NCBI RefSeq assembly: GCF_002918705.1
Contig: NZ_PQKR01000015.1
Span: 1 to 24,000, forward strand
Origin: Escherichia sp. ESNIH1
GTDB taxonomy: Bacteria; Pseudomonadota; Gammaproteobacteria; Enterobacterales; Enterobacteriaceae
Reading direction: 5' to 3'
Length of the DNA: 24,000 nucleotides
Shown: positions 1-13,544 of the stretch, piece after piece
How the letters are laid out: every line of letters begins with the position of its first letter
How positions within the stretch are numbered: position 1 is the stretch's first letter
Notes under the pieces: generated by a model
Database searches by the model: none
Told to the model about the DNA's origin: nothing
Seen by the model: only the letters and a program-made list of their open reading frames with translations
Made by a program: the position numbers and the translations under genes

Positions 1-1
1 C

Positions 2-1815
<1,814 letters not shown>

Positions 1816-1861
1816 CATGAGCAGGCGCACTAAACCTCTTTACGCAAGCCATTCATCATGG

Positions 1862-1890
1862 TTGACACTAACTTATATTAGCGTAATATT
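1862..1890 (+). promoter_or_regulatory. Candidate sigma70 promoter (TTGACA-N16-TAATAT)
   Basis: Perfect -35 TTGACA at 1862-1867. TAATAT lies at 1884-1889 (or AATATT with a 17-nt spacer). The site is in an AT-rich non-coding gap downstream of the 559-aa ORF. Confidence 0.3.
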
Positions 1891-2027
1891 ATTTTTGAGC
1901 GGGAAGCCAACTGCATTAGGGTGCAATAGTTGGTGGATGAACCCCATAGAAGCCCTAACTTCTGTGCCTGGGTGAGACCTCAGCACCTTTAGTCTGAAGG
2001 TGTTTAATATAAAAAGACAACATTATT

Positions 2028-2059
2028 AGCCGCAGTGTTCATCATTGCGGCTTTTTGTT
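2028..2059 (+). terminator. Rho-independent terminator hairpin
   Basis: Stem AGCCGCA (2028-2034) pairs with TGCGGCT (2046-2052) around an 11-nt loop, followed by TTTTGTT. It abuts the stop codon (2058-2060) of the convergent minus-strand gene. Confidence 0.6.
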
Positions 2060-2573
2060 ATCTGCAATACAGCAACTTCCCTCTGCGGTGTTTGTTCAGC
2101 CCCTTTGCTTCTGTGTGCATAAAGTTCCAGAGAACCTTTCCATCCCAGGGTGCAACAACTACCAGCATTTGCTGCCTCTGCTTGTATGTGCCGATAAAGA
2201 TATAACGCACCATTTCATCGTCATACATTGTTTCCCATATCTCGTAGGGATGCTCAAGTGTGTCGAGTGCCAGCTTTACGTAACGTTCACGTGCGTCTAC
2301 GCGCTTCTCCACAATGTGGGCAAGCTTATCGCGTACAATACACATGTTTCCTATATGCGTTGCCTTAATAACTGCAGACATTTCTGGCGAGCTGAAACCC
2401 ATATGTGCTTCCAGGAACGCCAGGGCTTCTTCAGCTGTACTCCCTGCGACGATCTCTTCTGGTTGATCACGACGTTCTTCAGCTTCAAGGTTCCTGAGGT
2501 CTTTCAGGTCCAAATCTTTAAAGGTTGGTAATCCATTGAGAGCTTTAGCCATTCTTATTGTTAAATCCGCCAT
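2058..2573 (-). CDS. 171-aa hypothetical protein: acidic N-terminal linker plus a C-terminal ~110-aa globular domain; possible Barnase/EndoU/RelE-fold (PBECR-like) nuclease domain
   Basis: Clean ORF with an ATG start. C-terminal pattern: HIVEKRVDARERYVKLALDTLEHPYEIWE...YIFIGTY...MLVVVAPWDGKVLWNFMH...HRRGKLLY. This is reminiscent of small nuclease domains in polyvalent proteins of conjugative elements. The recognition is weak and unverified. Confidence 0.5.
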   Translation of the reverse strand: MADLTIRMAKALNGLPTFKDLDLKDLRNLEAEERRDQPEEIVAGSTAEEALAFLEAHMGFSSPEMSAVIKATHIGNMCIVRDKLAHIVEKRVDARERYVKLALDTLEHPYEIWETMYDDEMVRYIFIGTYKQRQQMLVVVAPWDGKVLWNFMHTEAKGLNKHRRGKLLYCR

Positions 2574-2598
2574 TTATACGCAGATGAGCAGGATATCA

Positions 2599-3144
2599 TT
2601 ACACTTCCCGGGTCGCCAGAACAGGCAGACCGAATAACACCGAAGGCAAGGCAGAAGCAGGCATAAGATAATTAAAGAAAAAAGGCCGCGCAAGCGGCCT
2701 TTTTTTATCAACGAGAAAGATTCGGCCACTTAACTGAGGCGGAGCCCTGCTGGGTTCGAATAATTGTTGTTTGAGCGATGTCCTGGCCGCTATCTCCGGA
2801 AGGCTAATATTACGCAGAATTGCATCTGTAGGTATCATCGCTTCCGGTGCGGCTGTTTCATCAGTCTCAGGTTTGTTGAGCGTGATATAGCGTAAGGTAA
2901 GTTCTGCCATGGTTGTGGTTTTGATAACTTCCAGTGCTTCCTCCCACAGACTTTTTTCACGCCCGCGGCGGTCCATGTCATATTCTGTCATCAGGTTGTG
3001 CGCTTCCTGGCGGTTGGCCAGCCGCCAGGAAGGTGGCGATCGCTTTCCACGGCTCTCCTCTTGACTTCTTTTTGCGGCGGGATGGTTTTCCGGACGGGGC
3101 AGGATTAGGCGAATGGCCTCGGCCTCCGTCCGGGCAACGGCCAC
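2599..3144 (-). CDS. 181-aa hypothetical protein (GTG start)
   Basis: GTG at 3144-3142 is preceded by AAGGAG 8 nt upstream. The ORF is co-oriented with, and 25 nt upstream of, the 171-aa ORF. Its last ~35 codons read through a terminator-like hairpin, so the true C-terminus is uncertain. Confidence 0.45.
   Translation of the reverse strand: MAVARTEAEAIRLILPRPENHPAAKRSQEESRGKRSPPSWRLANRQEAHNLMTEYDMDRRGREKSLWEEALEVIKTTTMAELTLRYITLNKPETDETAAPEAMIPTDAILRNISLPEIAARTSLKQQLFEPSRAPPQLSGRIFLVDKKRPLARPFFFNYLMPASALPSVLFGLPVLATREV
2675..2707. terminator. Bidirectional terminator-like hairpin embedded in the 3' end of the 181-aa ORF
   Basis: An A-run (2675-2683) is followed by stem GGCCGC (2684-2689), a GCAA tetraloop, stem GCGGCC (2694-2699) and a T7 run (2700-2706). 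Confidence 0.55.
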
Positions 3145-3201
3145 GATCCCAACTCCTTCAATAAACCCTTTGGTCGTGTTTGCACTGTGCAGGGGGTAAA
3201 A

Positions 3202-3239
3202 GGGGGCCGCTTGGAAAACGGAAAATATCCTACGTTAAG
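3202..3239 (+). repeat. 38-bp Tn3-family terminal inverted repeat; outer end at 3202, element interior to the right
   Basis: GGGGGCCGCTTGGAAAACGGAAAATATCCTACGTTAAG starts with GGGG, ends with ACGTTAAG and is exactly 38 bp, the canonical Tn3-family IR layout. It shares the AAAACGGAAAAT core with the Tn21-type IRs at 9890, 13608 and 19036. Confidence 0.7.
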
Positions 3240-3321
3240 CCTATTTTTTGAGCTGGCATGACGGGCAGCTATGAGCGAAGTATAGTCATTCGCCCTATCT
3301 CTTTTGTCGCACTTTCAACAA

Positions 3322-3345
3322 GGGGGTCGCTTGGAAAGCGGAACG
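3322..3345 (+). repeat. Partial direct copy of the outer ~23 bp of the 3202 IR
   Basis: GGGGGTCGCTTGGAAAGCGGAAC versus GGGGGCCGCTTGGAAAACGGAAA gives 3 mismatches in 23. It lies exactly 120 bp downstream in the same orientation, and similarity is lost afterwards. Confidence 0.45.
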
Positions 3346-3774
3346 AGGTCAGTCTCCGCCCGGACTGCTCAGCTCTTTAAACAGCAAAAGAGAGGCATCT
3401 TATGAGAAGGGATTGTTCAGTATGTCAGGGCAGACTGCTTTTTCATCCGCAGGTACTGAGGGTAAATGCTCAATTCCGGTACGATTCTTACTCTATAGCC
3501 AGACAGAATTCAGCATTGTGCTGAACCCGAATCTTTTTTTACTCTGACAGGCCTGTTCATCAGAACCCTGAAAAAACAATTTTCCCGTTCACATTTTTAT
3601 TTTCCATGTCCTCATGAGCCCGGCGAAGTGCTTTTGTAGTGGTCATTCAATCCTTGTAACATCAGGATGATCCTGGTGTCAGTGAAAATACGAAATCAAC
3701 ACGTTGGTATCATTACCCACCTGTAAACTGACGTCGGCATTTTGAATCTCACTTCGGCGTGCCCCCTCCGAATG

Positions 3775-3803
3775 GCGCAAAACATTTCGTGGTATGGCAT
3801 GAT
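3775..3803 (+). promoter_or_regulatory. lacI promoter
   Basis: GCGCAA-N17-CATGAT sits within ...GAATGGCGCAAAACATTTCGTGGTATGGCATGATAGC..., colinear with the E. coli lacI promoter region. Confidence 0.75.
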
Positions 3804-3837
3804 AGCACCCGAAGAGAGTCAATTCAGGGTGGTAAAT

Positions 3838-4920
3838 GTGAAACCAGTAACGCTATACGATGTCGCAGAGTATGCCGGTGTCTCTTATCAGACCGTTTCC
3901 CGCGTGATGAACCAGGCCAGCCACGTCTCTGCGAAAACGCGGGAAAAGGTGGAAGCGGCGATGGCGCAGCTGAACTACATTCCCAACCGCGTGGCACAAC
4001 AACTGGCGGGCAAACAGTCGTTGCTGATTGGCGTTGCTACCTCCAGTCTGGCCCTGCACGCGCCGTCGCAAATTGTCGCGGCGATTAAATCTCGCGCCGA
4101 TCAACTGGGTGCCAGCGTGGTGGTGTCGATGGTAGAACGAAGCAGCGTCGAAGCCTGTAAAGCGGCGGTACATAACCTTCTCGCGCAACGCGTCAGTGGT
4201 CTGATCATTAACTATCCGCTGGATGACGAGGATGCCATTGCTGTGGAAGCTGCCTGCGCTAATGTTCCGGCCCTATTTCTTGATGTCTCTGACCAGACTC
4301 CCATCAACAGTATTATTTTTTCCCATGAAGACGGTACGCGACTGGGTGTGGAGCATCTGATCGCATTGGGTCACCAGCAAATCGCGTTGTTAGCCGGTCC
4401 ATTAAGTTCTGTCTCGGCGCGTCTGCGTCTGGCGGACTGGCATAAATATCTCACACGCAATCAAATTCATCCGATAGCGGAACGGGAAGGCGACTGGAGT
4501 GCCATGTCCGGTTTTCAACAAACTATGCAAATGCTGAATGAGGGCATCGTTCCCACTGCGATGCTGGTTGCCAACGATCAGATGGCGCTGGGCGCAATGC
4601 GCGCTATTACCGAGTCCGGGCTGCGCGTTGGTGCGGATATCTCGGTAGTGGGATACGACGATACCGAAGACAGCTCGTGTTATATCCCGCCGTTAACCAC
4701 CATCAAACAGGATTTTCGCCTGCTGGGGAAAACTAGCGTGGACCGCTTGCTGAAACTCTCTCAGGGCCAGGCGGTGAAGAGCAATCAGCTGTTGCCCGTC
4801 TCACTGGTGAAAAGAAAAACCACCCTACCGCCCAATACGCAAACCACCTCTCCCCGCACGTTGGCAGATTCCTTAATGCAGCTGGCACGACAAGTTTCCC
4901 GACTTGAAAGCGGGCAGTGA
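3838..4920 (+). CDS. lacI: Lactose operon repressor LacI (360 aa, GTG start)
   Basis: Translation VKPVTLYDVAEYAGVSYQTVSRVMNQASHVSAKTREKVEAAMAQLNYIPNRVAQQLAGKQSLLIGV...SRLESGQ is near-identical to E. coli LacI. The canonical GTG start follows GGTGGTAAAT. The longer ORF in the track (from 3742) is upstream read-in. Confidence 0.97.
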   Translation: MKPVTLYDVAEYAGVSYQTVSRVMNQASHVSAKTREKVEAAMAQLNYIPNRVAQQLAGKQSLLIGVATSSLALHAPSQIVAAIKSRADQLGASVVVSMVERSSVEACKAAVHNLLAQRVSGLIINYPLDDEDAIAVEAACANVPALFLDVSDQTPINSIIFSHEDGTRLGVEHLIALGHQQIALLAGPLSSVSARLRLADWHKYLTRNQIHPIAEREGDWSAMSGFQQTMQMLNEGIVPTAMLVANDQMALGAMRAITESGLRVGADISVVGYDDTEDSSCYIPPLTTIKQDFRLLGKTSVDRLLKLSQGQAVKSNQLLPVSLVKRKTTLPPNTQTTSPRTLADSLMQLARQVSRLESGQ

Positions 4921-4933
4921 GCGCAACGCAATT
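4913..4933 (+). promoter_or_regulatory. lac operator O3
   Basis: GGCAGTGAGCGCAACGCAATT overlaps the lacI stop, as in E. coli. Confidence 0.85.
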
Positions 4934-4956
4934 AATGTGAGTCAGCTCACTCATTA
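4933..4956 (+). promoter_or_regulatory. CAP (CRP) binding site of the lac promoter
   Basis: TAATGTGAGTCAGCTCACTCATTA differs by one base from the E. coli site (TTAGC becomes TCAGC). Confidence 0.85.
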
Positions 4957-4968
4957 GGCACCCCAGGC

Positions 4969-4998
4969 TTTACACTCTATGTGTCCGGCTCGTATGTT
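4969..4998 (+). promoter_or_regulatory. lacZYA promoter (-35 TTTACA, -10 TATGTT)
   Basis: TTTACA at 4969-4974 and TATGTT at 4993-4998 with an 18-nt spacer, colinear with E. coli lacP. Confidence 0.85.
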
Positions 4999-5004
4999 AT
5001 GCGA

Positions 5005-8116
<3,112 letters not shown>

Positions 8117-8122
8117 TAATAA

Positions 8123-9421
<1,299 letters not shown>

Positions 9422-9430
9422 GAAATTAAT

Positions 9431-9460
9431 GTCGGATACGGCGCGAGCGCCTTATCCGAC
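9431..9460. repeat. REP-like palindromic element / lacY-distal hairpin
   Basis: GTCGGATA...TATCCGAC outer arms enclose GGCGC..GCGCC, the same kind of element found between lacY and lacA in E. coli. Confidence 0.6.
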
Positions 9461-9486
9461 CAACTTATCAGGACGGAATGTTAAAA

Positions 9487-9626
9487 ATGAACATGTCGAT
9501 GACAGAAAAAATAAAAGCAGGCAAGCTATTTACCGATATGTGCGAAGGCTTACCTGAAAAAAGACTTCGTGGGAAAACATTAATGTATGAGTTCAATCAC
9601 TCGCTTCCATCAGAAGTTGAAAAAAG
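9487..9626 (+). pseudogene. lacA: Galactoside O-acetyltransferase lacA, 3'-truncated after ~46 codons by IS1
   Basis: MNMSMTEKIKAGKLFTDMCEGLPEKRLRGKTLMYEFNHSLPSEVEK matches the LacA N-terminus. The sequence switches to the IS1 terminal IR at 9627. Confidence 0.9.
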
Positions 9627-9889
9627 GGTAATGACTCCAACTTATTGATAGTGTTTTATGTTCAGATAATGCCCGATGACTTTGTCATGCAGCTCCACCG
9701 ATTTTGAGAGCGACAGCGACTTCCGTCCCAGCCGTGCCAGGTGCTGCCTCAGATTCAGGTTATGCCGCTCAATTCGCTGCGTATATCGCTTGCTGATTAC
9801 GTGCAGCTTTCCCTTCAGGCGGGATTCATACAGCGGCCAGCCATCCGTCATCCATATCACCACGTCAAAGGGTGACAGCAGGCTCATAA
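9627..9889 (-). mobile_element. insB: IS1 right-end fragment (terminal IR plus 3' part of insB), about 263 bp
   Basis: GGTAATGACTCCAACTTATTGATAGTGTTTTATGTTCAGATAATGCCCGATGAC is the IS1 terminal sequence. The minus-strand translation ends ...[81 protein letters not shown], which is the InsB C-terminus. The fragment stops abruptly at the Tn IR. Confidence 0.93.
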
Positions 9890-9927
9890 GGGATCGTCTC
9901 AGAAAACGGAAAATAAAGCACGTTAAG
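9890..9927 (+). repeat. 38-bp Tn21-subfamily terminal IR (tnpA-proximal, IRtnp)
   Basis: GGGATCGTCTCAGAAAACGGAAAATAAAGCACGTTAAG is the Tn1696/Tn5036-type IR with two substitutions. It overlaps the tnpA stop, as is typical for this family. Confidence 0.9.
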
Positions 9928-12891
9928 CCGGTGGCAGTGGTCGCAACGGTCTGAACTTGCCTGCGCCGACCTTGGTGCTGCTGCGCCAGAGGTAATCGCC
10001 GGTCAGATTGATGTGTTCCCACCCCAGCGGTGACAGGTATTGAAACAGCGTCTCGTCTACCGGTTTGCCGTGCCCGTTCAAAGCATTGGTTGCCCGTTCC
10101 AGATAGGCCGTGTTCCAAAGCACGATGGCCGCCGTTACCAGATTGAGGCCGCTGGCCCGGTAGCGTTGTTGCTCAAAACTGCGGTCGCGGATTTCGCCCA
10201 GTCGGTTGAAGAACACCGCCCTGGCCAGCGCGTTGCGCGCCTCGCCTTTGTTGAGTCCGGCCTGCACGCGGCGGCGCAGCTCCACGCTTTGCAGCCAATC
10301 CAGTATGAACAACGTGCGCTCAATGCGCCCCAGCTCGCGCAGTGCAACGGCCAGTCCGTTCTGACGCGGATAGCTGCCGAGCTTGCGCAACATCAGCGAG
10401 GCCGTCACCGTACCCTGCTTGATCGAAGTGGCGAACCGCAAGATTTCATCCCAATGGGCGCGTATCTGCTTGATGTTCAGCCGGTCGCTGCTAATCATCG
10501 GCTTGAGCGCGTCATAGGCGGCATCGCCCTTTGGGATGAATAGCTTGGTGTCGCCCAGGTCTCGGATACGTGGCGCGAATCGGAAGCCCAGTAGGTGCAT
10601 CAGGCCGAAGACATGATCGGTAAGGCGATCAATGACAAGGTGCGGATGTATGGCCGCATCGGCCAAGCCTTGCTGGAAGCCAAACAGAGCGGCGGCGATC
10701 CGTTCGCCGCCATCGAGGCCGTAATGCCGTGGGATACCTTCGCCGCCAGCGTCACGGAGGCGCAAAAGCTCGCGCAGCCGGAGAGCTTCGACTTTCTGCA
10801 TCGCATCGGTGAAAGCTACGCCACGTTGCGCCGCTACGCGCCGCAGTTCCTGGACGTACTTAAGTTACGGGCGGCACCAGCCGCCAAGGGCGTACTCGAT
10901 GCCATCGAGGTGCTTCGCGGCATGAACAGCGACAACGCCCGCAAGGTGCCCGCCGACGCGCCGACCGCATTCATCAAGCCACGCTGGGCGAAACTGGTGC
11001 TCACGGACGATGGCATTGACCGGCGCTACTACGAGCTGTGCGCCCTGTCAGAGCTAAAGAACGCGCTGCGATCAGGCGATGTCTGGGTGCAGGGTTCGCG
11101 CCAGTTCAAGGACTTTGATGAGTACCTGGTGCCGGCCGAGAAGTTCGCTACTCTGAAGCTGGCCAACGAATTGTCGCTGGCAGTGGCCACCGATTGCGAT
11201 CAGTATTTGCACGACCGACTGGCATTGCTGGAACAGCAGCTTGCCACCGTCAACCGCATGGCGGCGGCCAATGATCTGCCGGATGCCATCATTACCGAGT
11301 CCGGCCTGAAGATCACGCCGCTGGACGCGGCGGTGCCGGAGACCGCACAAGCCCTAATCGACCAGTCGGCGATGCTGCTGCCACACGTCAAGATTACCGA
11401 ACTGCTGATGGAAGTTGATGAGTGGACAGGCTTCACCCGGCATTTCACGCATCTGAAGACCGGCGACACGGCCAAGGACAAAACCTTGCTGCTGACGACG
11501 ATCCTGGCTGATGGCATCAATCTCGGGCTAACCAAGATGGCCGAGTCCTGCCCAGGCACGACTTACGCCAAGCTGTCGTGGCTGCAAGCCTGGCACATCC
11601 GGGATGAAACGTACTCAACGGCGCTGGCCGAACTGGTCAACGCGCAGTTCCGGCAATCCTTTGCCGGAAACTGGGGCGATGGCACCACGTCATCGTCGGA
11701 TGGCCAAAATTTCAGAACCGGCAGCAAAGCGGAGAGCACCGGGCATATCAACCCGAAGTATGGAAGCAGTCCAGGCCGGACGTTTTATACCCATATCTCC
11801 GACCAGTACGCGCCCTTCAGCACCAAGGTAGTCAACGTCGGCGTGCGTGATTCAACCTATGTGCTCGATGGCCTGCTGTACCACGAGTCGGACTTGCGGA
11901 TCGAGGAGCACTACACCGACACAGCGGGCTTTGCCGGAAGCCTGAAACTGCTGCTGATGCTTGTTCTTGGCGGCGTTGAATAGTTTGCCAATGATGCGGT
12001 CGTGCAGGTCGATGATTTCGTCGGTGACGGTGGCCATACCTTCAATGGCCAGCGAAACCAGAGTGGCATAGCGTCGTTGCATCTCGAACTTTGCCAGATC
12101 GGCAGGCGTCATCTGCCCACCCTCACGGGCGATCTTGAGCAGGCGGTTCTGGTGAACTTGTCGCTCGATGCCTGCGGGAAGGTCAAGCGCCTGCCAAGCC
12201 TTGAGGCGCTCGATGTGTTCAAGCATATGCCGAGAGTTCGGCTTGACGGGCGACTGGCGCAGCCATGCCAGCCACGTCAATTTGCTGCCGTCCTTGCGCT
12301 TGAGAAGTTCGTCCAGGCGCTGACGGTGGAGCGATAACAAAGAATCGGTCAACGCCGCGTAAATACGCCGGTTGGCACGGGTGATGGCCTCGGCGCTCGC
12401 GCGCTCGATGGCATTCATGGCGGGCAGGATGATGCTCTGCCGCCGCAGGTTTTCGACAAGGGTGCTGGCCAGCACAATCCCTTTATCGGTCTGCAAGGCC
12501 AGCTCGGTCAATGTATGCACGGCTGCCGGTAGTGACTCATGGTGAAGGGCTTGAACCCGAACACCGTTTGCAGCTCGACCAAGTGCTCCCGCCGCGTCTG
12601 CTCGCGCTGGCCGTAATCGTTCCAACTTTCCACCGGCACCTTGAGTTGTGCGGCCACCATGCGCAACAGGGGCGGAAACGGAGGCTCATCGATGCCCAAG
12701 AAGATGCCAGGGAATCGCAAGTAGCAAAGCTGCACGGCGAAGCCCAATCGATTCGCAGCGCCGCGACGCTGGCGGATCACCGATAGGTCGGTTTCGTTGA
12801 ACGTGTAGTGCCGTATCAGTTCGTCTTTGGCATCTGGTAGTGCCAGCAGGCTTTCGCGCTCGGTGGCGGACAGGATTGAGCGGCGCGGCAT
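9923..12891 (-). pseudogene. tnpA: Tn21/Tn1696-subfamily transposase tnpA, inactivated by a 1-bp frameshift (~12523) and an inverted middle segment (10622-11932)
   Basis: N-terminus: MPRRSILSATERESLLALPDAKDELIRHYTFNETDLSVIRQRRGAANRLGFAVQLCYLRFPG... (minus strand from 12891). C-terminus: ...[37 protein letters not shown] (minus strand, ending 9923). The central 437 codons are encoded on the plus strand. Confidence 0.9.
10622..11932 (+). other. Inverted 1311-bp internal segment of tnpA (437 intact codons now on the opposite strand)
   Basis: The plus-strand ORF reads (GK)[21 protein letters not shown]...[24 protein letters not shown]...[14 protein letters not shown]. This is the middle of a Tn21-family TnpA. 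Sense is lost on both sides exactly where the minus-strand pieces take over. Confidence 0.85.
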
Positions 12892-12893
12892 GA

Positions 12894-13451
12894 TCAGTCT
12901 TCCCGCAGGTACTGGTACAAGGTTTCGCGACTGATGCCGAAGTCACGGGCCACCAAGGTTTTTTGATCGCCTGCCGCGACTCGCTGTTTCAACTTGGCAA
13001 TTTGTTCGCTGTTCAGCGATTTCTTTCGTCCCCGGTAGGCACCGCGCTGCTTGGCCAGCACGATTCCCTCGCGCTGGCGTTCGCGGATCAGTGCGCGCTC
13101 GAACTCCGCAAAAGCCCCCATGACCGACAGCATCAAATTGGCCATCGGTGAGTCATCGCCGGTGAACGCCAGCCCTTCTTTGACAAACTCCATCCGCACG
13201 CCCCGTTGTGTCAGCCCCTGAACGATGCGGCGCAGGTCATCGAGATTGCGTGCCAACCTGTCCATGCTGTGCACCACCACGGTGTCGCCCTCGCGCACAA
13301 AGGCCAGCAGCCTTTCAAGTTCGGGACGTTGCGTGTCCTTGCCGGAAGCCTTATCGGTGAATACCTTACCGACTTCGATTTGCTCCAGTTGCCGATCAGG
13401 GTTCTGGTCGAAGCTGCTGACGCGGATATAGCCAATGCGTTGACCTTGCAA
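12894..13451 (-). CDS. tnpR: Tn21/Tn1696-subfamily serine resolvase TnpR (185 aa, TTG start)
   Basis: (M)QGQRIGYIRVSSFDQNPDRQLEQIEVGKVFTDKASGKDTQRPELERLLAFVREGDTVVVHSMDRLARNLDDLRRIV...ISRETLYQYLRED. The start is placed at TTG 13451 by family length. The stop lies 2 bp from the tnpA start. Confidence 0.9.
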   Translation of the reverse strand: MQGQRIGYIRVSSFDQNPDRQLEQIEVGKVFTDKASGKDTQRPELERLLAFVREGDTVVVHSMDRLARNLDDLRRIVQGLTQRGVRMEFVKEGLAFTGDDSPMANLMLSVMGAFAEFERALIRERQREGIVLAKQRGAYRGRKKSLNSEQIAKLKQRVAAGDQKTLVARDFGISRETLYQYLRED

Positions 13452-13544
13452 GGTGCCTCCAAAGGTAAAAGTGTCAGGATGAAATCCATTACCCTTGGCG
13501 GCTTGTGTCAATAAATACAAACTACAACTCTATTCTGACGTGCT
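13452..13544. promoter_or_regulatory. Truncated res region of the Tn1696-like module (tnpR-proximal subsites only)
   Basis: Only 93 bp upstream of tnpR remain, containing TGTCA-type half-sites (TGTCAGGATGAAATCC, TGTGTCAATAAATACA). The region is interrupted at 13545 by a Tn402/Tn5053-type IR. Subsite boundaries were not resolved. Confidence 0.55.

Noticed and set aside
2055-2531. 158-aa plus-strand ORF antisense to the 171-aa gene
   Set aside because: Its composition is Cys/Phe/Leu/His-rich and it has no RBS. It ends inside the opposite gene. The minus-strand ORF has far more protein-like sequence.
3191-3345. Possible oriT (repeat followed by an ATCCT nic-like core) given the neighbouring relaxase-like ORF
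   Set aside because: The 38-bp length, the GGGG start, the ACGTTAAG end and the shared AAAACGGAAAAT core with three bona fide Tn21-type IRs in the same window fit a Tn3-family terminal IR much better. No inverted-repeat arm typical of an oriT is adjacent.
3566-3652. 28-codon minus-strand ORF (MTTTKALRRAHEDMENKNVNGKIVFSGF) with an AAGGA upstream, in the lacI-upstream spacer
   Set aside because: It is too short and has no recognisable similarity. It is probably chance or a gene remnant in the 500-bp non-coding stretch between the IR and lacI.
9642-10118. 158-aa minus-strand ORF
   Set aside because: It is chimeric. Only its C-terminal 81 residues are real InsB (IS1) sequence. The N-terminal half is read-through across the 38-bp IR into antisense tnpA.
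10595-11983. 462-aa plus-strand ORF that looks like an independent transposase gene
   Set aside because: Its first 9 and last 17 codons are nonsense read-through of the flanking minus-strand tnpA pieces. The meaningful part (10622-11932) is exactly the missing middle of the minus-strand tnpA. It is therefore an inverted gene segment, not a separate gene.
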